In this document: positions 1-24,898 of the stretch, in pieces
How positions within the stretch are numbered: the first letter of the stretch is position 1
Layout of the letters: every line of letters begins with the position of its first letter
Assembly (NCBI GenBank): GCA_951406725.2
Contig: OX597831.1
Coordinates: 13,950,001-14,014,000, forward strand
Length of the DNA stretch: 64,000 nt
Direction: 5' to 3'
DNA from: Octopus vulgaris
Taxonomy: Eukaryota
Made by a program: the position numbers and the translations under genes
Notes under the pieces: generated by a model
What the model saw: the letters and a program-made list of their open reading frames with translations, nothing else
Told to the model about the DNA's origin: nothing
Database searches by the model: none

Positions 1-412
1 TGAAAAACTTCCTCTTTGGCCAAGGCCTCATTGACTTTTTCAGATTGCACTTCAAAAGGAAAGTGAGGCTGGATAAGGAGGTACTGTCGCCCATTAAGTT
101 CACTGAAAGGTGAATGAATGTGACAAGAATGGCCCGTTTGAATGGGCCTTCTCTACGTGTGCGCCTGTAGGCCGGGTGGAAGGGAGAAGAGAAGGTGCCT
201 TCCTGAGGAGACGTTGGTGTTAAGGGGTCTAAAGTGCATGAGGTCTCTTGGTCACCTTACGGTGGAACTTACCCCTATTGAGTTGGTTTAATCTCTTTCT
301 TAATCGTTGCCTCTTTGGTTGGCTGTTTACACGTTTAGACTCACTGTCCCTCATCCGTGCATCGTCTTCTGCGTGTTGCGTTGGGCGGCCCTGGTGGACA
401 ATAAAGATAGAA
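1..412 (+). mobile_element. 3' end of an older Tx1-like LINE
   Basis: Homologous to the ORF2 C-terminus (HFKRKVRLDKEVLS vs HLKRKVRVEKQVLS); tail ggccctggtggacAATAAAga. Confidence 0.7.
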
Positions 413-431
413 TTATGGCTTTTATTGTCAT

Positions 432-466
<35 letters not shown>

Positions 467-518
467 ACAACTACTGCTGCTGCTACTACTACTACTACTA
501 CTACTACTGCTGCTGCTG

Positions 519-626
<108 letters not shown>

Positions 627-1121
627 TTTTGTTTCTATCATTACGATCTTCTATTTTCTACATTTTTAGTAATAAATATATTTCTTTCTTTTAATTTACT
701 AATATCTACTAGTTATGTTTTTTAATTACATTAGTTAAATTCCCCTTCATTGGTTACACAAATTTTCATGCTAATTTATATCAATCTTATTGTTATTGCC
801 TTCCATAATCTTTTTAAGTTTTGCCTGCGTTCCTATAAAGCTACATCGAAAATCTACTATTTAACAAACACCTTCATTCACGTGAGGATGGAGCTTAAAT
901 TCTACATTATATTGAAGGAATTTTCGCTTTTTGCATTCCTGCAGGCATTAAAGTAATGCATTTATTATTAAATACAATAATGTAAATCATTTTTATGCTT
1001 TTAAGTTACGAAACAATTCGTCATTTTAGCAGAGATTTTTTTATTGTTTAAATGTATATGAATATGTATATGAATATGTATATATATATATATATATATA
1101 TAAATATAGTGTAGAATTCTT

Positions 1122-1270
1122 TTACTTTCCGTCTACCAAATCCACTGCCTATACTATAGCACGAAGCTATAGTAGAAGCCACTCGCCTAAGATACCATGC
1201 AGTGGGACTGAACCCGGCATTATGTGGTTCGGAAGCAAGCTCCTTACCACACAGCCACTACTGCGCCTAT
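1122..1270 (-). mobile_element. tRNA-derived SINE family 1, head part
   Basis: rc aggcgcagtagtggctgtgtggtaag...gggttcagtccc (A and B boxes). Other copies: 15030-15155(-), 31546-31690(+), 48505-48830(-), 53760-54603(-), 61535-62100(+), 62950-63358(-). Confidence 0.85.
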
Positions 1271-1370
1271 ACATACACATATACATATATACAAAATACA
1301 TACATACATACATACATACATACATACATACATACACACGTACGTATGTATGTATGTATTGTCATTACTC

Positions 1371-1409
<39 letters not shown>

Positions 1410-2032
1410 TTACTACTACTACTTATACTACTACCACCACTGCTACTACTACAACTACTACTGCTGCTGCTACTACTATTACTACTACTACTATTACTAC
1501 TACTACTGCTGCAGCTGCTACTACTACTACTACTACTACTATTACTACTATTTTGTTTCTATCATTACGATCTTCTATGTATGTATGTATGTATGTATGT
1601 ATGTATGTATGTATGTATGTATGTATGTATGTATCACTCGGTTACACCAGGAGTGTAGAAACTACATTACATTTAATAACAAATATCTATGATATATTTT
1701 GTGGAAATCAGATATTACAGATATCTCAGTAATAGTATCCTGTTGGTATATATTAAAGATATTATTACGTTTCTTAACCCAGTCTAACTGTCAACTATCA
1801 TTTAGTCTAGGGTACGTCTAGACCGTACTAATAATATTCAACTGAAAACGTTGTGAAAATGAAGTACCAATAAAAAATACGAATGCATTTTCATAAATAT
1901 TCTATATATACATCAATATATACTTTTGATTTAATATTCAATTCCTCCATCAGGCAAATAAGTATTTTATATCTAATAATGTGCTGCTTACTGTGGTAGA
2001 ATAAAGCGAAACATCATATGAACTTCTATTTC

Positions 2033-13750
<11,718 letters not shown>

Positions 13751-13812
13751 CGTGGATTTTCTTTTTCCATGACTGTCCGATCATGAAATGTTCCCTCGCT
13801 TGTCTCCATTTC

Positions 13813-13841
13813 TTTTATATTCAGAAATGATGTAACAGCTG
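13813..13841 (-). promoter_or_regulatory. Gene A core promoter: E-box, bZIP-like site and TATA box
   Basis: minus-strand CAGCTG-TTACATCA-tttctgaa-TATAAAA, TATA about 65 bp upstream of ATG; conserved in four paralogs. Confidence 0.65.
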
Positions 13842-14581
13842 TTTCTCCTCACTGAAGCCAGCTTATATTTGCCCCATACGGTTTTCTCTAATATTTTTTT
13901 ATGATTCCTTTAATGGTTTTCACGAAGTGAAATTTTGAAATATAACATATATATATATATGTATATATATGTATATATATGTGTGTGCGTGTGAGCGCAC
14001 TGTGTGTGTAGTTGTGTATACATACATGTATGGGTTTATGTGCGTATAAACAATAAGACAGATTTCTTTCAGACGATTTCTATTCTGATAAACAAAGGAG
14101 AAAATGTTACTACTTGGAATTCTCCAAAAAAGAAACAGTGCAAAATGACCGAATCAACCATGCTACAGCTGGGACTGTGAAATAGGGACCAGAATAAGAA
14201 AGGGACCAGAATAAGAAAGAAAGGGCAGAAGCAGAATGGTGGAGATGGCCAGAGAAAACAAGGAGCGATACATTGCCCCATCATTAAAAGATAAAGTAAG
14301 GATTGTAAGTAAAATTTGCGTTGTATGTTATGAAGAACATTTGACTTTAAGGCTGAAAACAAAAGGAATAAAAGAGAGGACAAGAAGGAAATAAGCATAC
14401 ACACATATAAACATGTATACACAATTATATATCCACACATACATATACATACACACAAACACACACACACACACGCACACACATACGTATATATATAGAC
14501 ACATATACACATTTGTACATATGTAGCTCCATACTTGCATATATCGCTTTCACATTTAAGTATACATAAAAAATTGCACAC

Positions 14582-15030
14582 GGCAAAAATTTTTGAAAAA
14601 TTTACGGGTAAAAATTCGAAAAATTTTTGGAGAAAATTTCCGGGTAAAATTTTCGAAAAATTTTTGGGGAAAATTTTCGGTGAAAATTTTCCAAAATTTG
14701 TTGGTGAAAATTTTTGGGAAAATTTTCGAAAAATTTTTCGGGAAAATTTTTGAGTAAAATTTTCGAAAAAGTTTTGGAGAAAATTTTCGGTGAAAACTTT
14801 CGAAAACTTTTTGGAGAAAATTTTTCCCCAAAAATTTTCGAAAAATTTTTGGGTAAAATTTCCGGCAAAAGTTTTCGAAAAATTGTTGGTGAAAGTTTTC
14901 GGAGAAAATTTTCGAAAAATTTTTGGGTAAAATTTTCGGTGAAAATTTTCGAAAAATGTTTGGGTAAAATTTTCGAAAAATTTTTGGTGAAAATTTTCGG
15001 TGAAAATTTTCGAAAAACTTTGGGGGAAAA
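14582..15030. repeat. A4T4-module minisatellite
   Basis: More than 30 AAAA(A)TTTT(T) modules separated by CG, GGGT, GGTG or CGGTG; higher-order unit like ggtgaaaattttcgaaaaatttttgggtaaaattttc. Confidence 0.9.
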
Positions 15031-15157
15031 TCCACCTTTCGTTGGCCCGAGGATATAGTAGAAGACACTTGCCCAAGGTGTCATGCAGTGGACTGAACCT
15101 GGAACCATGTGGTTGGTAAGCAACCTACTCACCACGGAGACACGCCTGCGCCTATAT

Positions 15158-15540
15158 GTATTATATAAAATCCGTTCTGTCTGTGTGAGTGTGTGTCTCC
15201 AAGGATCTCGGCCATCCTCCATCCGATTACGCTCAAATTTGATATGCAGATACCGACGGTATCAGGGCGTGTATAAGTCTTAAATAATTCCAAAAATCGA
15301 TTCCAGGTGAGAATGCGATCGATAAAGCCGTAGGAACGTGCATTTGTACGCGCAAGTACATCAGCTGTTGCGATCGATACTACGCGTACGCGAGAAAAAT
15401 GCACGGTGTCTCAAATTTAGATTAAATCAGTGTTTCTCAGAGGGGAGGCGTATGGGACGGTCGGACAAGCTTTGAGAAAATTTGGTTTAATTGTTTGACA
15501 ACTCATCACCGTCCATTGGACGGGGAAGGAGTTTTGCTCG
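15158..15540 (+). mobile_element. Probable 5' part of a second Helitron-like element
   Basis: tattatataaaa + gtctgtgtg block + ccgatt..tcaaattt layout similar to 2593-2700. Confidence 0.4.
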
Positions 15541-15560
15541 TATATATATATATAGTTATG

Positions 15561-15618
<58 letters not shown>

Positions 15619-16065
15619 TATGTATGTATATATTGAAATTATAATAAGGGTGTTGAATGTTTACAACACCAGTCTGCTAGAAATTGACTCCACATGGTCT
15701 ATGAACCACTTAGTTTATTACTCCACAAGCGAGGATTTATAAAATAATTTGGATAGTACCCTATCTATAGAATTCATAGTTTGTGTTATTAAAACCCCTT
15801 TCCGACCATCACTGGCAACATAACGAACTTAAATAATACATTATACATGCCATAATTTCAGTATAAATTAACCATTGTGGTATTTTTAGTATGTTGGCCA
15901 CTGATAAATCATTAAATAAGTACTTTATCCTAATTACGTATGTGTGTGTGTGTGTGTGTGTATGTATATATGTATACATGTATGTATATATATACAGGCA
16001 TACACACACAAATACATAATATACATATATGTATGTGTGTGTATATATGTACACACACACACACT

Positions 16066-16101
<36 letters not shown>

Positions 16102-16108
16102 CACACAA

Positions 16109-16167
<59 letters not shown>

Positions 16168-16380
16168 GTATTTACGAGTAAGTTATAACTTTATTATATA
16201 CGTATACATATATCGGATCTATTCCATCCCAATCACAGATTTTTTAAAATTAACTCTTTTATCTAAACAGTTGTAAACTTCGAAAACTGATAGAATTTCT
16301 CGCGTAGAACACGGTCTACTCTTAACGTTTTTGACAAAATTTCGTATTTTTATTTGGGTAATTTCAACCAATCAATGACA

Positions 16381-17330
16381 TGTTCAGTGCTTGGGTCCTT
16401 GTTGTTCTTAGTCTTCATAAATGACTTGCCCGACGACCTCACGCAACACACCCTTCTATTTGCCGACGATATCAAACTGGTCGCTCCTCGCGGTAATATA
16501 GAGGATCTTCGTCGATGCCTCCACCAAATTTGGAAGTGGTCTAACGATTGGGACCTGTGTCTGAACGTGTCAAAGTGCTGTCATCTGCCTGTCGGCTCTT
16601 GATTTCGAGCCGGGTCGTCTGCTGCTGGAGAGGACAGATCAGGTAAAGGACCTGGGTATCTTGGTGGATTCCTCCTTTTCGCCTTCGGCCCAGTGCGTCC
16701 ATGCTGCCAACAAAGCACGCGGAATTCTGTTCTTGATTCGACGGTCATTCGGAATGCTCACAGCAGCCATATTCCTACCACTCTATGTCACGCTGGTGAG
16801 ACCCATATTGGAGTATGGGATTCAAGCCTCTTCTCCTTATCTCCTCAAAGACATACAGCATCTCGAAGGAGTCCAGAAGCTGGCTACCTGCATGGTTCAT
16901 GGTCTCAAAAATTTGTCCTACGAAGAAAGGCTGAGGACGCTCGACCTTTATTCTCTTGAAAAACGCCGCCGCCGTGGTGATCTCATTCTCGCCCACAACA
17001 TCATAAGCGGAAAATGTAACCTCTCGAAAGAGCTGTTCTTCACTCCTGCTCCAGAGCGTCGGCTGCGGGGTCATTCCGAAAAGCTCTACCTGCGACGATT
17101 TCATCTCAATCGAAGGAGAGGAGCTTTCTCCGTCCGGGTTGCGGATCCGTTGAACAAGCTGCCAGACGAGATGGTGAAGATGCCGACGACCGCTTTGTTC
17201 AAAGCCTCCCTGGACCTCAAGTGGCCTGAACTCTTTACATGAACACCACCCTGTACTTAACTCCATGTCCCCCTACATGGCCTTGCTATTTGCTTTTGAG
17301 CCAAAATAACTAACTAACTAACTAACTAAC
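16381..17330 (+). mobile_element. 5'-truncated CR1/L2-group LINE (RT C-terminus, degraded)
   Basis: SVLGSLLFLVFINDLP, LFADDIKL, LYVTLVRPILEY, YEERLRTLDLYSLEKRRRRGDLI; (TAAC)n tail. Confidence 0.88.
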
Positions 17331-17807
17331 ATGTGTTCGGTTGATGAAAGCTACTCCTGTTTACGATAGTAATCGAAGAGAACCAACTTCCGGGTCATCT
17401 TTACTAAATGTCACCACTCTGTTTGAAGAATCAACACCATCAGACAATGAACACCAAGAAGGAAGAAATATTATTTACATATATATATATTCGTTTGCCC
17501 GACATCGCTGTTTTTCGTCCACACATAAAGCACGCCGGTGTTTACAAAACCTATAGAGCAACCAGTCCGCGGGTAGCTTTTTTGTTGTTGACGTATATGT
17601 AGTTTCAAAATGCCTTATTTTACAACTATCAGATGTATTGCTATTGTCACGATTTTATCTTACTATAATCTGCAACAAACACATTTCGTCAATATAAAAG
17701 TCTTTATTAGAAAAAAAGAAAATAACATGAAGGTAAAACAAAAGAAATGGCGGCTTATACACCTGGGCCCGGGGCAACAATGTCACGACTTTCTTTATAC
17801 TGGAAAG

Positions 17808-19257
17808 AGTCTAGGACATTTACCCCTCCCCCATGGGCAATAACCCACTGTAGCGTGGCAGTTTCAGCCATTTTGAAATATGACTATAGCGATTTCTAAT
17901 ATCTTCCCTATTTGAAAGGCAAGGCAGAAATTATCTCGTTTGAGGTTACAGCCATCTTTTGCCAACTTGTTCCTGTTGTAAACATTAACCTGATTGGTTG
18001 ACACGTGACGCGATTTGTCTCCACTTATTTTCGCGCCACTGTCCCGAAACAACCAATCACGGCCTTTGGTTAAGATTCTATTTCTGAGGCTCGTTTGAGC
18101 CACCCAACCGGTATATAAAGAAGTGTTTTCAGACACTTTTGGTCTTTGGTTCCAGTCCTTGTAAGGACTAACTTCAGACCACAGCGCTACCCAATCAAGC
18201 GATATGCGATTGTTCCTGCTACTACTAGCTACGACGCTAATGTACACAATCACAGAAAGCATACTATCTTCGCCGTCTCCACCGTCATGTATCAACTTCA
18301 AGTCGCTTCCAACGTCTTCGCCATACGAACAGTAAACCAATTTCCATTATATATTCTATGTTCTGTACCCTTCTATGGCAAACGCATTCACTCTGATTGT
18401 ATCTGTCACACACACGAACACACAGACACACACACGTGTTGCACGCGCACACACGTGTTAACGCTTACGAACTCCTAACATTGACGCGGTTGTAAAATAA
18501 ATAATATTTATCTCTGCACAGCAAGACTTGTCAATTCACTTATGTTCTGTTGTTACTGCATGTATTTATTAATAATTCGTTAAGGATAGAACCACGTGCG
18601 ATCGTATTCCCTACACAATGCGACCACGTGTGTTCATATTTCTTACACCACCAAGGACAATTATCCCCGAGGACAACAGCCCCTAAGGGCAATTACCCCT
18701 AAGCAGTTAAACCCAAATTCCTCCCGTGTGTACCCTATTTTCCGCTGTATAAGCCACTATTTTTTACTTGGGAAATTCAATGTGTGGCTTAAAGAAAGTT
18801 GCGCTCAAATGTGTATATTTTTTATAGGTTTCAGGAGGAAAAATAATTTGTGTATGGAGATTGATTGACTCTAGTGATTTTTTCAGAGGAAAGGTCGGTC
18901 GGTGAACAACGTGAAGACTATTGCTACAGTACTTTGGTGCCCGGAAGAAAACAAAAGCATATTTGCTTTGTGTTACGTTCATGTTATTTCTGATCTATAA
19001 AGACTTTAATATTGTTGTTCATTATTTCTAGAAAGAAATATTTAGATGTTTCAGCGCGTATTAATGCCGTAGTTAGCAATTATGACCACATAAATGGGAT
19101 ACGATATTTGCGAAGAACCGCGATAATTTGCACTTTTAAAATGATGATTTAAAACTTCTTAATATATTGGAGAGGGGGTAATTAAGCAGTTGGGGTAATT
19201 GTCCAAGGGGGTATTTATCGTCAGGGGGAATTGTGTTAGGGGCAATTGTCCTCGGGA
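17808..19257. mobile_element. MITE-like element with arrays of GGACAATTACCCC-type motifs in inverted orientation, interrupted by the solo LTR
   Basis: Motif copies at 17813-17848 and 18652-18700; reverse complements at 19175-19255. Confidence 0.55.
17849..18647 (+). mobile_element. Solo LTR (Gypsy-like)
   Basis: TGTA...TACA termini, 4-bp TSD CCAC (17845-17848 and 18648-18651), internal CCAAT boxes, TATATAAA at 18113, AATAAA near 18496. Confidence 0.75.
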
Positions 19258-19771
19258 AAGAGAGAAGAAAAAAGAAGCATAAAAGTTCATAGTTCAACTT
19301 TCCGAAGTTAGGATCTATGCAGGATTGAACCTAAGGACTCGCGCTCTGGTTTCTACAAATTTCGGAAAGTTGAACTACGAACTTTTATGCTTCTTTTTTC
19401 TTCTTTCTTTCTACATCCTTATTCTTTTACTCACTTCCTGTATGTTGTCATCTTATTCATACATACCATTCTCATTTTCCGTACCCCCCCCCCCCATTTG
19501 TCTCTGATGATGGAATATCCCATACTCGGGGATATCCCAGAAAGAGCTGTAAGATTTTGAATGTCTTCCTCTTATAATATTGTATACGACTTGATATGCT
19601 TGCTTTGCTTTGATGTTTGACGTCCTGTTTAACAATTTTAGATCCGCTGCATCGGAAAACTGCAAATGCTCAATAAATAACGTCTCGGCTATAACCTTGG
19701 AGCACCAGTAATTCGTTCCGGCACTTACATAGCGTACCTAATCGTTTAGATCATATGTGAACTAAACCTCA

Positions 19772-19780
<9 letters not shown>
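19255..19780 (+). mobile_element. Penelope-like terminal fragment with 5' inverted segment, ending in (TA)n
   Basis: ~50-bp inverted repeat 19256-19309 / 19357-19411; hammerhead motif at 19500; runs into (TA)n. Confidence 0.6.
19500..19555 (+). ncRNA. Type I hammerhead ribozyme motif
   Basis: tct-CTGATGA-tggaatatccc(atactcg)gggatatccca-GAAA-gagctg-TA-aga; long stem II, near-palindromic stem III with one mismatch. Confidence 0.7.
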
Positions 19781-19820
<40 letters not shown>

Positions 19821-19827
<7 letters not shown>

Positions 19828-21008
19828 GAAATGAGATAATCAGAAGATCGGATGGTTTATATTTACAGATATTTATTTATATATTTTCCATTTTTTATAT
19901 ATATATCATATCACTTAGATCATTAGCGCTTTCTCCCATTCTAGTGGGGTTTTCAAATCAAAATAAGTTCCTTTGTAGGGAATTTTAATCATTTTATAGA
20001 GTTTCGTAGTGGTGTGGAGGAATATAAGACAGTACAAGAGAGTGTGGTGGATGAGGAGAAAGTGAGAGAGAGAATATGTGTGTATGTGTATGTGTGTGTC
20101 TGTGTGTGTTTGTATCTGAGGTGAGTGCTAAAGAGAAAGAGGGGAAGGGAGAGGGAAGAAGAAGGAAAGAATTTCTTTGGTCTGCTGGACAGAATATTGA
20201 CTCCAAGGGGGTTCTAAGAATTTCAGCTTTGACCACTTCACAGTGTCACTGAGTGTGTGCTGGCGCGGAGGTAGGCCATAAATTATATTTCCTTTTATCA
20301 TTGTGAGAATGGTCAAATTTTTTTTGGGTTTAAGATTTCTTTCCACTTTTTATGATCGTTTTGTGGAGGTGTGTGTGTGTGTCTGTGTGTGTGTGTGTGT
20401 TTGTGTATGTGTGTGCGTGTGTGTGTGCGTGTGCGTGTGGCTGTGTGTTTGGAGAAGGGGAGAGATAAAAAAATAAAAAGAAAAATAAGGGAGGAAGGGG
20501 AAAAAATTGTGTTGATATTTATACCACTATATATATATACACGCTTATACATGAAATATTTGAAAAAAAACCTTTTATCGGTTCAAAATGAACAACTAAA
20601 TTACACCATCTTGAAAATTGTATATATCATAGGAAAGTTAAAATTAAAGTGACAATTAAAAAGTAAAGATGAAGTAAATTATTAAAATAATATAATGTAT
20701 ATAACAGGCAATATATATATATACACACACACATATATATATATATACAGACATATACTAAATGTTCTACTATATTAGATTGTAAATCGAAAGATGTGTC
20801 CTTCAATGTCACTATATATATATATATACACGCTTATACATGAAATATTAGAAAAACACACCTTCTATCGATTCAAAATGAACAATCAAATTACACCATC
20901 TTGAAAATTGCATATGATAGGAAGGTTAAAATTAGAATGACAATTGGCAAGTAAAGATCAAGTAGATTACAAAAGTAATATAATATATATAACAGGTAAT
21001 ATATATAT

Positions 21009-21062
<54 letters not shown>

Positions 21063-21432
21063 TAAATGTTCTACTATATTATATTGTAAATCGAAAGATT
21101 TGTCCTTCAATGTATGGTGAGTAAAGTTTCAGCCATTTAATTTGGGGGAGAACTTAGCTATGAAATATTTTTCCATATTCCTCCTGAAAGAGGTGTCGTT
21201 CTTCGGACATTTGTAGAAGGGAAAGATATTAAATTTTCCTTCTCCACATGTAGCTAGGTGTGTACTTAGTGGTATTTTGCGTAGTTCTTCCTGACGAACA
21301 TGTTGTCAGTGAATCCTGGCTCGCTGGCACAAAGAATTACCAGTTTCACCTACGTAATTCTCCTTGCACGTGGGGCAGGTTATGCAGTATATGACGTTCT
21401 GCGTCTTGCAGTTCATATCTGCATTTACTTTG
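19821..21432 (-). mobile_element. Penelope-like retroelement 3' portion with GIY-YIG endonuclease remnant
   Basis: 21432-21129 reads KVNADMNCKTQNVIYCITCPTCKENYVGETGNSLCQRARIH*...EKYFIAKFSPKLNG*; ~290-bp tandem duplication 20525-21113; ends in (TA)n. Confidence 0.85.
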
Positions 21433-21754
21433 GTGAAAAATTTTCAAAAGTGCTTGATTTAACTTAAAGGTGATTTAACCGAGGATTCATAGAATTACTT
21501 AACCAGTTTAAAGGATACAAGTACTCGAAGAACCTGATGCAAGAAAGTAAACCCACAAATCGATATTTATATCATCCATAATGTGAACGAAATTAATGTA
21601 TCTCGAAGATTATTATGTATTAACACTGGTATTGATACTTTGAGCTGCTATACAACTGCGGTAATAATAGTAGTAATAGTATTAGGAACGATGACACTAG
21701 TAATAACAGTGATAATAATAACGGTGACAGCTGTAAATTGAGTAATTATAAAAT

Positions 21755-22060
21755 GAAGAAGAAAAAGAAGAAGAAGAAGAAGAAGAAGAAGAAGAAGAAG
21801 AAGAAGAAGAAGAAGAAGAAGAAGAAGAAGAAGAAGAAGAACTAGAACAAGAAAAGGAAGAAGACTAAGAAGAAGAAAAGGAAGACGACGAAGAAGAAGA
21901 AGAAAAGGAAGAAGAAGAAGAAGAAGAAGAAGAAGAAGGAGAAGAAGAAGAAGAAGAAGAAGAAGAAGAAGAAGAAGAAGAAGAAGAAGAAGAAGAAGAA
22001 GAAGAAGAAGAAGAAGAAGAAGAAGAAGAAGAAGAAGAAGAAGAAGAAGAAGAAGAAGAG
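21755..22060. repeat. (GAA)n purine tract
   Basis: About 300 bp; the paralogous (CTT)n near 37318-37385 is much shorter. Confidence 0.9.
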
Positions 22061-22377
22061 CAACAACAACAAAAAGATCAACGGAGACAATTATATTAAT
22101 AACGATAATTCTTTCTGTCATAGTCACAAGGCCAGAAACTTTGAGGAAGGGAGCAAGTCAATTACATCGACTCTAATGAGTAACTTGTACTTATTTCACC
22201 GACCCCGAAAAATGAAAGGTAAAGTTGATCTAGGTGGAATTTGAACTCAATACTCAAAGACAGACGAAATGCCTCTAAGCATTTTGCCCGGGGTGCTAAC
22301 GATTCTTCAAGCTCGCCAACTGATTATGGTAAAAGTAATAATGATAATAGATATGACATAAATGGTAATGATACGAC

Positions 22378-22543
22378 TCCGAAGAAATGCAATGGTCGAG
22401 ACCGAGCTAAATGTCCTCTTGAATGCAGTTGTCTCACAATGAATATCGTTTACATATGTATCATAGAAACCAATACTAATACCTTCACCTACATAGGCAG
22501 AACATCTCTTGTCTTCAAAGTAAGATTACGTAATCAACTTTAA
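22378..22543 (+). mobile_element. Penelope-like GIY-YIG fragment (copy at 36833-37000, minus)
   Basis: KCNxRDRAKCPLECSCLTMNIVYICII...TYIGRTSLVFKVRLRN. Confidence 0.75.
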
Positions 22544-23119
22544 GTTAACTTAAGAATGTTAATTTTATTTACAACCCGTAGTTTATCTTATTCCCTTTTA
22601 ATGATGTTGTACTATATCGCCCCTTCTTTTCTCCCGCCATTTCCGTCCTGCTGCTTCTCCGCCTATTTTCCTTTCTCATTCTGACCCCCGGAACGAGCTC
22701 ATTGAGGTGTCACCATAAATAATAAAGTTTGTAATATTTGCAGTATTTACTCTCCCAGTGGTCGGTTCGGTCAGTTTGCTCTGTGTACAATTTTATGAGA
22801 AATTCCAAGTAGTAAAAATTTATCTTTGTTGACTTGAAGAAGACGTTTTGTTTTTGCATGATGTAACGCTATTCTTTATCAGCAAAGACGGCTGAAAGAA
22901 ATTTGTGTTATTGTTTATACACACATACATTCATACACAGTCACACACACACATACACACACATACGCTCTCTCTCTCTCTCTCACAAACGCACACACAC
23001 TTTGATACATAAATGTTATATTTCAACATTTCACTTCGTGAAAACCATTAAAGGCATCATAATAAAATATTAGAGAAAACCGTATGGGGCAAATATAAGC
23101 TGGCTTCAGTGAGGAGAAA

Positions 23120-23148
23120 CAGCTGTTACATCATTTCTGAATATAAAA
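23120..23148 (+). promoter_or_regulatory. Gene B core promoter
   Basis: CAGCTGTTACATCAtttctgaaTATAAAA, identical to gene A. Confidence 0.6.
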
Positions 23149-23371
23149 GAAATGGAGACAAGTGAGGGAACATTTCATGATCGGACAGTAATTGGAAAAG
23201 AAAATCCACGATTAAAAATTGTCTGTGTTTTCTCTTTATTATCGGTAAGTAGTTACAAGACAAATGTTTTTATCTTCATAATTGTTTGTATTTAATATAT
23301 GATTATCATTTAATCTATCAAACACACACACACACACACACACGCGCGCACACGAATGTATAGTCACTAAT

Positions 23372-23700
23372 TTAGCGAGTCAGGTATGATGTTTTGAAGC
23401 CCAACTGTACACCGCATACAATCAAGTGGAGAATCGTAGAGAAACCCATGCCATATGTAGATGGATTAAAGCAAGCTAACTTTTGCGTAGCAGAATGACC
23501 GTACAAAGATTCCACCACTCTACTTAATTCCAGAATCGAAATTTTCAGCAAATGCAAGCAGATGGTCAAATTTCTTTTGGGGAAACTGGAGTCTACCACT
23601 CTCATCCGATTGAGAAATTGTATGGCAAAATTAGCACCCGTCTCTGTTGGATTCCTCTACAACAACTAGTTTATTTATGCCTTCTACTGGGAAACACAAC
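23372..23700 (+). mobile_element. Penelope-like C-terminal fragment (copy at ~13160-13488, minus)
   Basis: Plus frame IKWRIVEKPMPY..FCVAE*..LLNSRIEIFSKCKQMVKFLL resembles the C-terminus that follows GIY-YIG in some Penelope clades. Confidence 0.6.
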
Positions 23701-24435
23701 GTAATCCTAATTTTCTTTCTTTACCGTTTAATCAACTTTCAATTTTGCATCAACCTTCTTCCCGATTTTAGGTTTGTATTTTCTCATGTATTGGCTTGCA
23801 AACAAAAACGATCATGTGATCATAGTCTTAAGTTGCTTGTTGACGCAAAGCTCGTTATGAAAACATCATTAGCCACGTGTTTTCGGAGCAAGAAACAATT
23901 ATCAATGCATATTTTTATGCTGAGTACTTTAAATGATGTTCACAATGTAAAGATAAATACTTCAAACCCCTTGTTTAGATATAAAGGTTGAACGGTTTGG
24001 AAGACGTGCGATCAATATTAATGCCAGGAATTACATATTAACACATTCTGACTTATGCCTGACGAGTTAGGTTCGTTTTGTTAGCCTACGTAATATAAAA
24101 ATGAAATCGTCAGGTGAATAACGAGAAAGGTTAATACTTAGAATTTCTCGAAAACAATATAGCGTAGTGGAATATGACTCTAGCAAACAGGTTAGATGTT
24201 GCGTGATTACAATATATATATACATATATATATATTACAACTATTAGTGGTTTGGAGTTTAGCTGCTCTTTCTAGTGAGTCGGATGTGCTATTATGGCCA
24301 TCCCTTATATGTTTCAATGTATATTACATAGTCTATTGGCTATTTTTCTTTCTCACTTGACCGCTGGTAGCGGAGAATCTTTCTAGAATTTTTTGCTACC
24401 CTAACATTTATTAATATATATATATATATATGTAC

Positions 24436-24898
<463 letters not shown>

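Noticed and set aside
14069-15222. Long F/K/E/N-rich ORFs in several frames
   Set aside because: They are open because the A4T4 minisatellite rarely forms stops; openness in many frames on both strands argues against coding
24058-24115. Hammerhead-like CTGACGA motif
   Set aside because: GAAA core reads GTAA and no stem I can be formed
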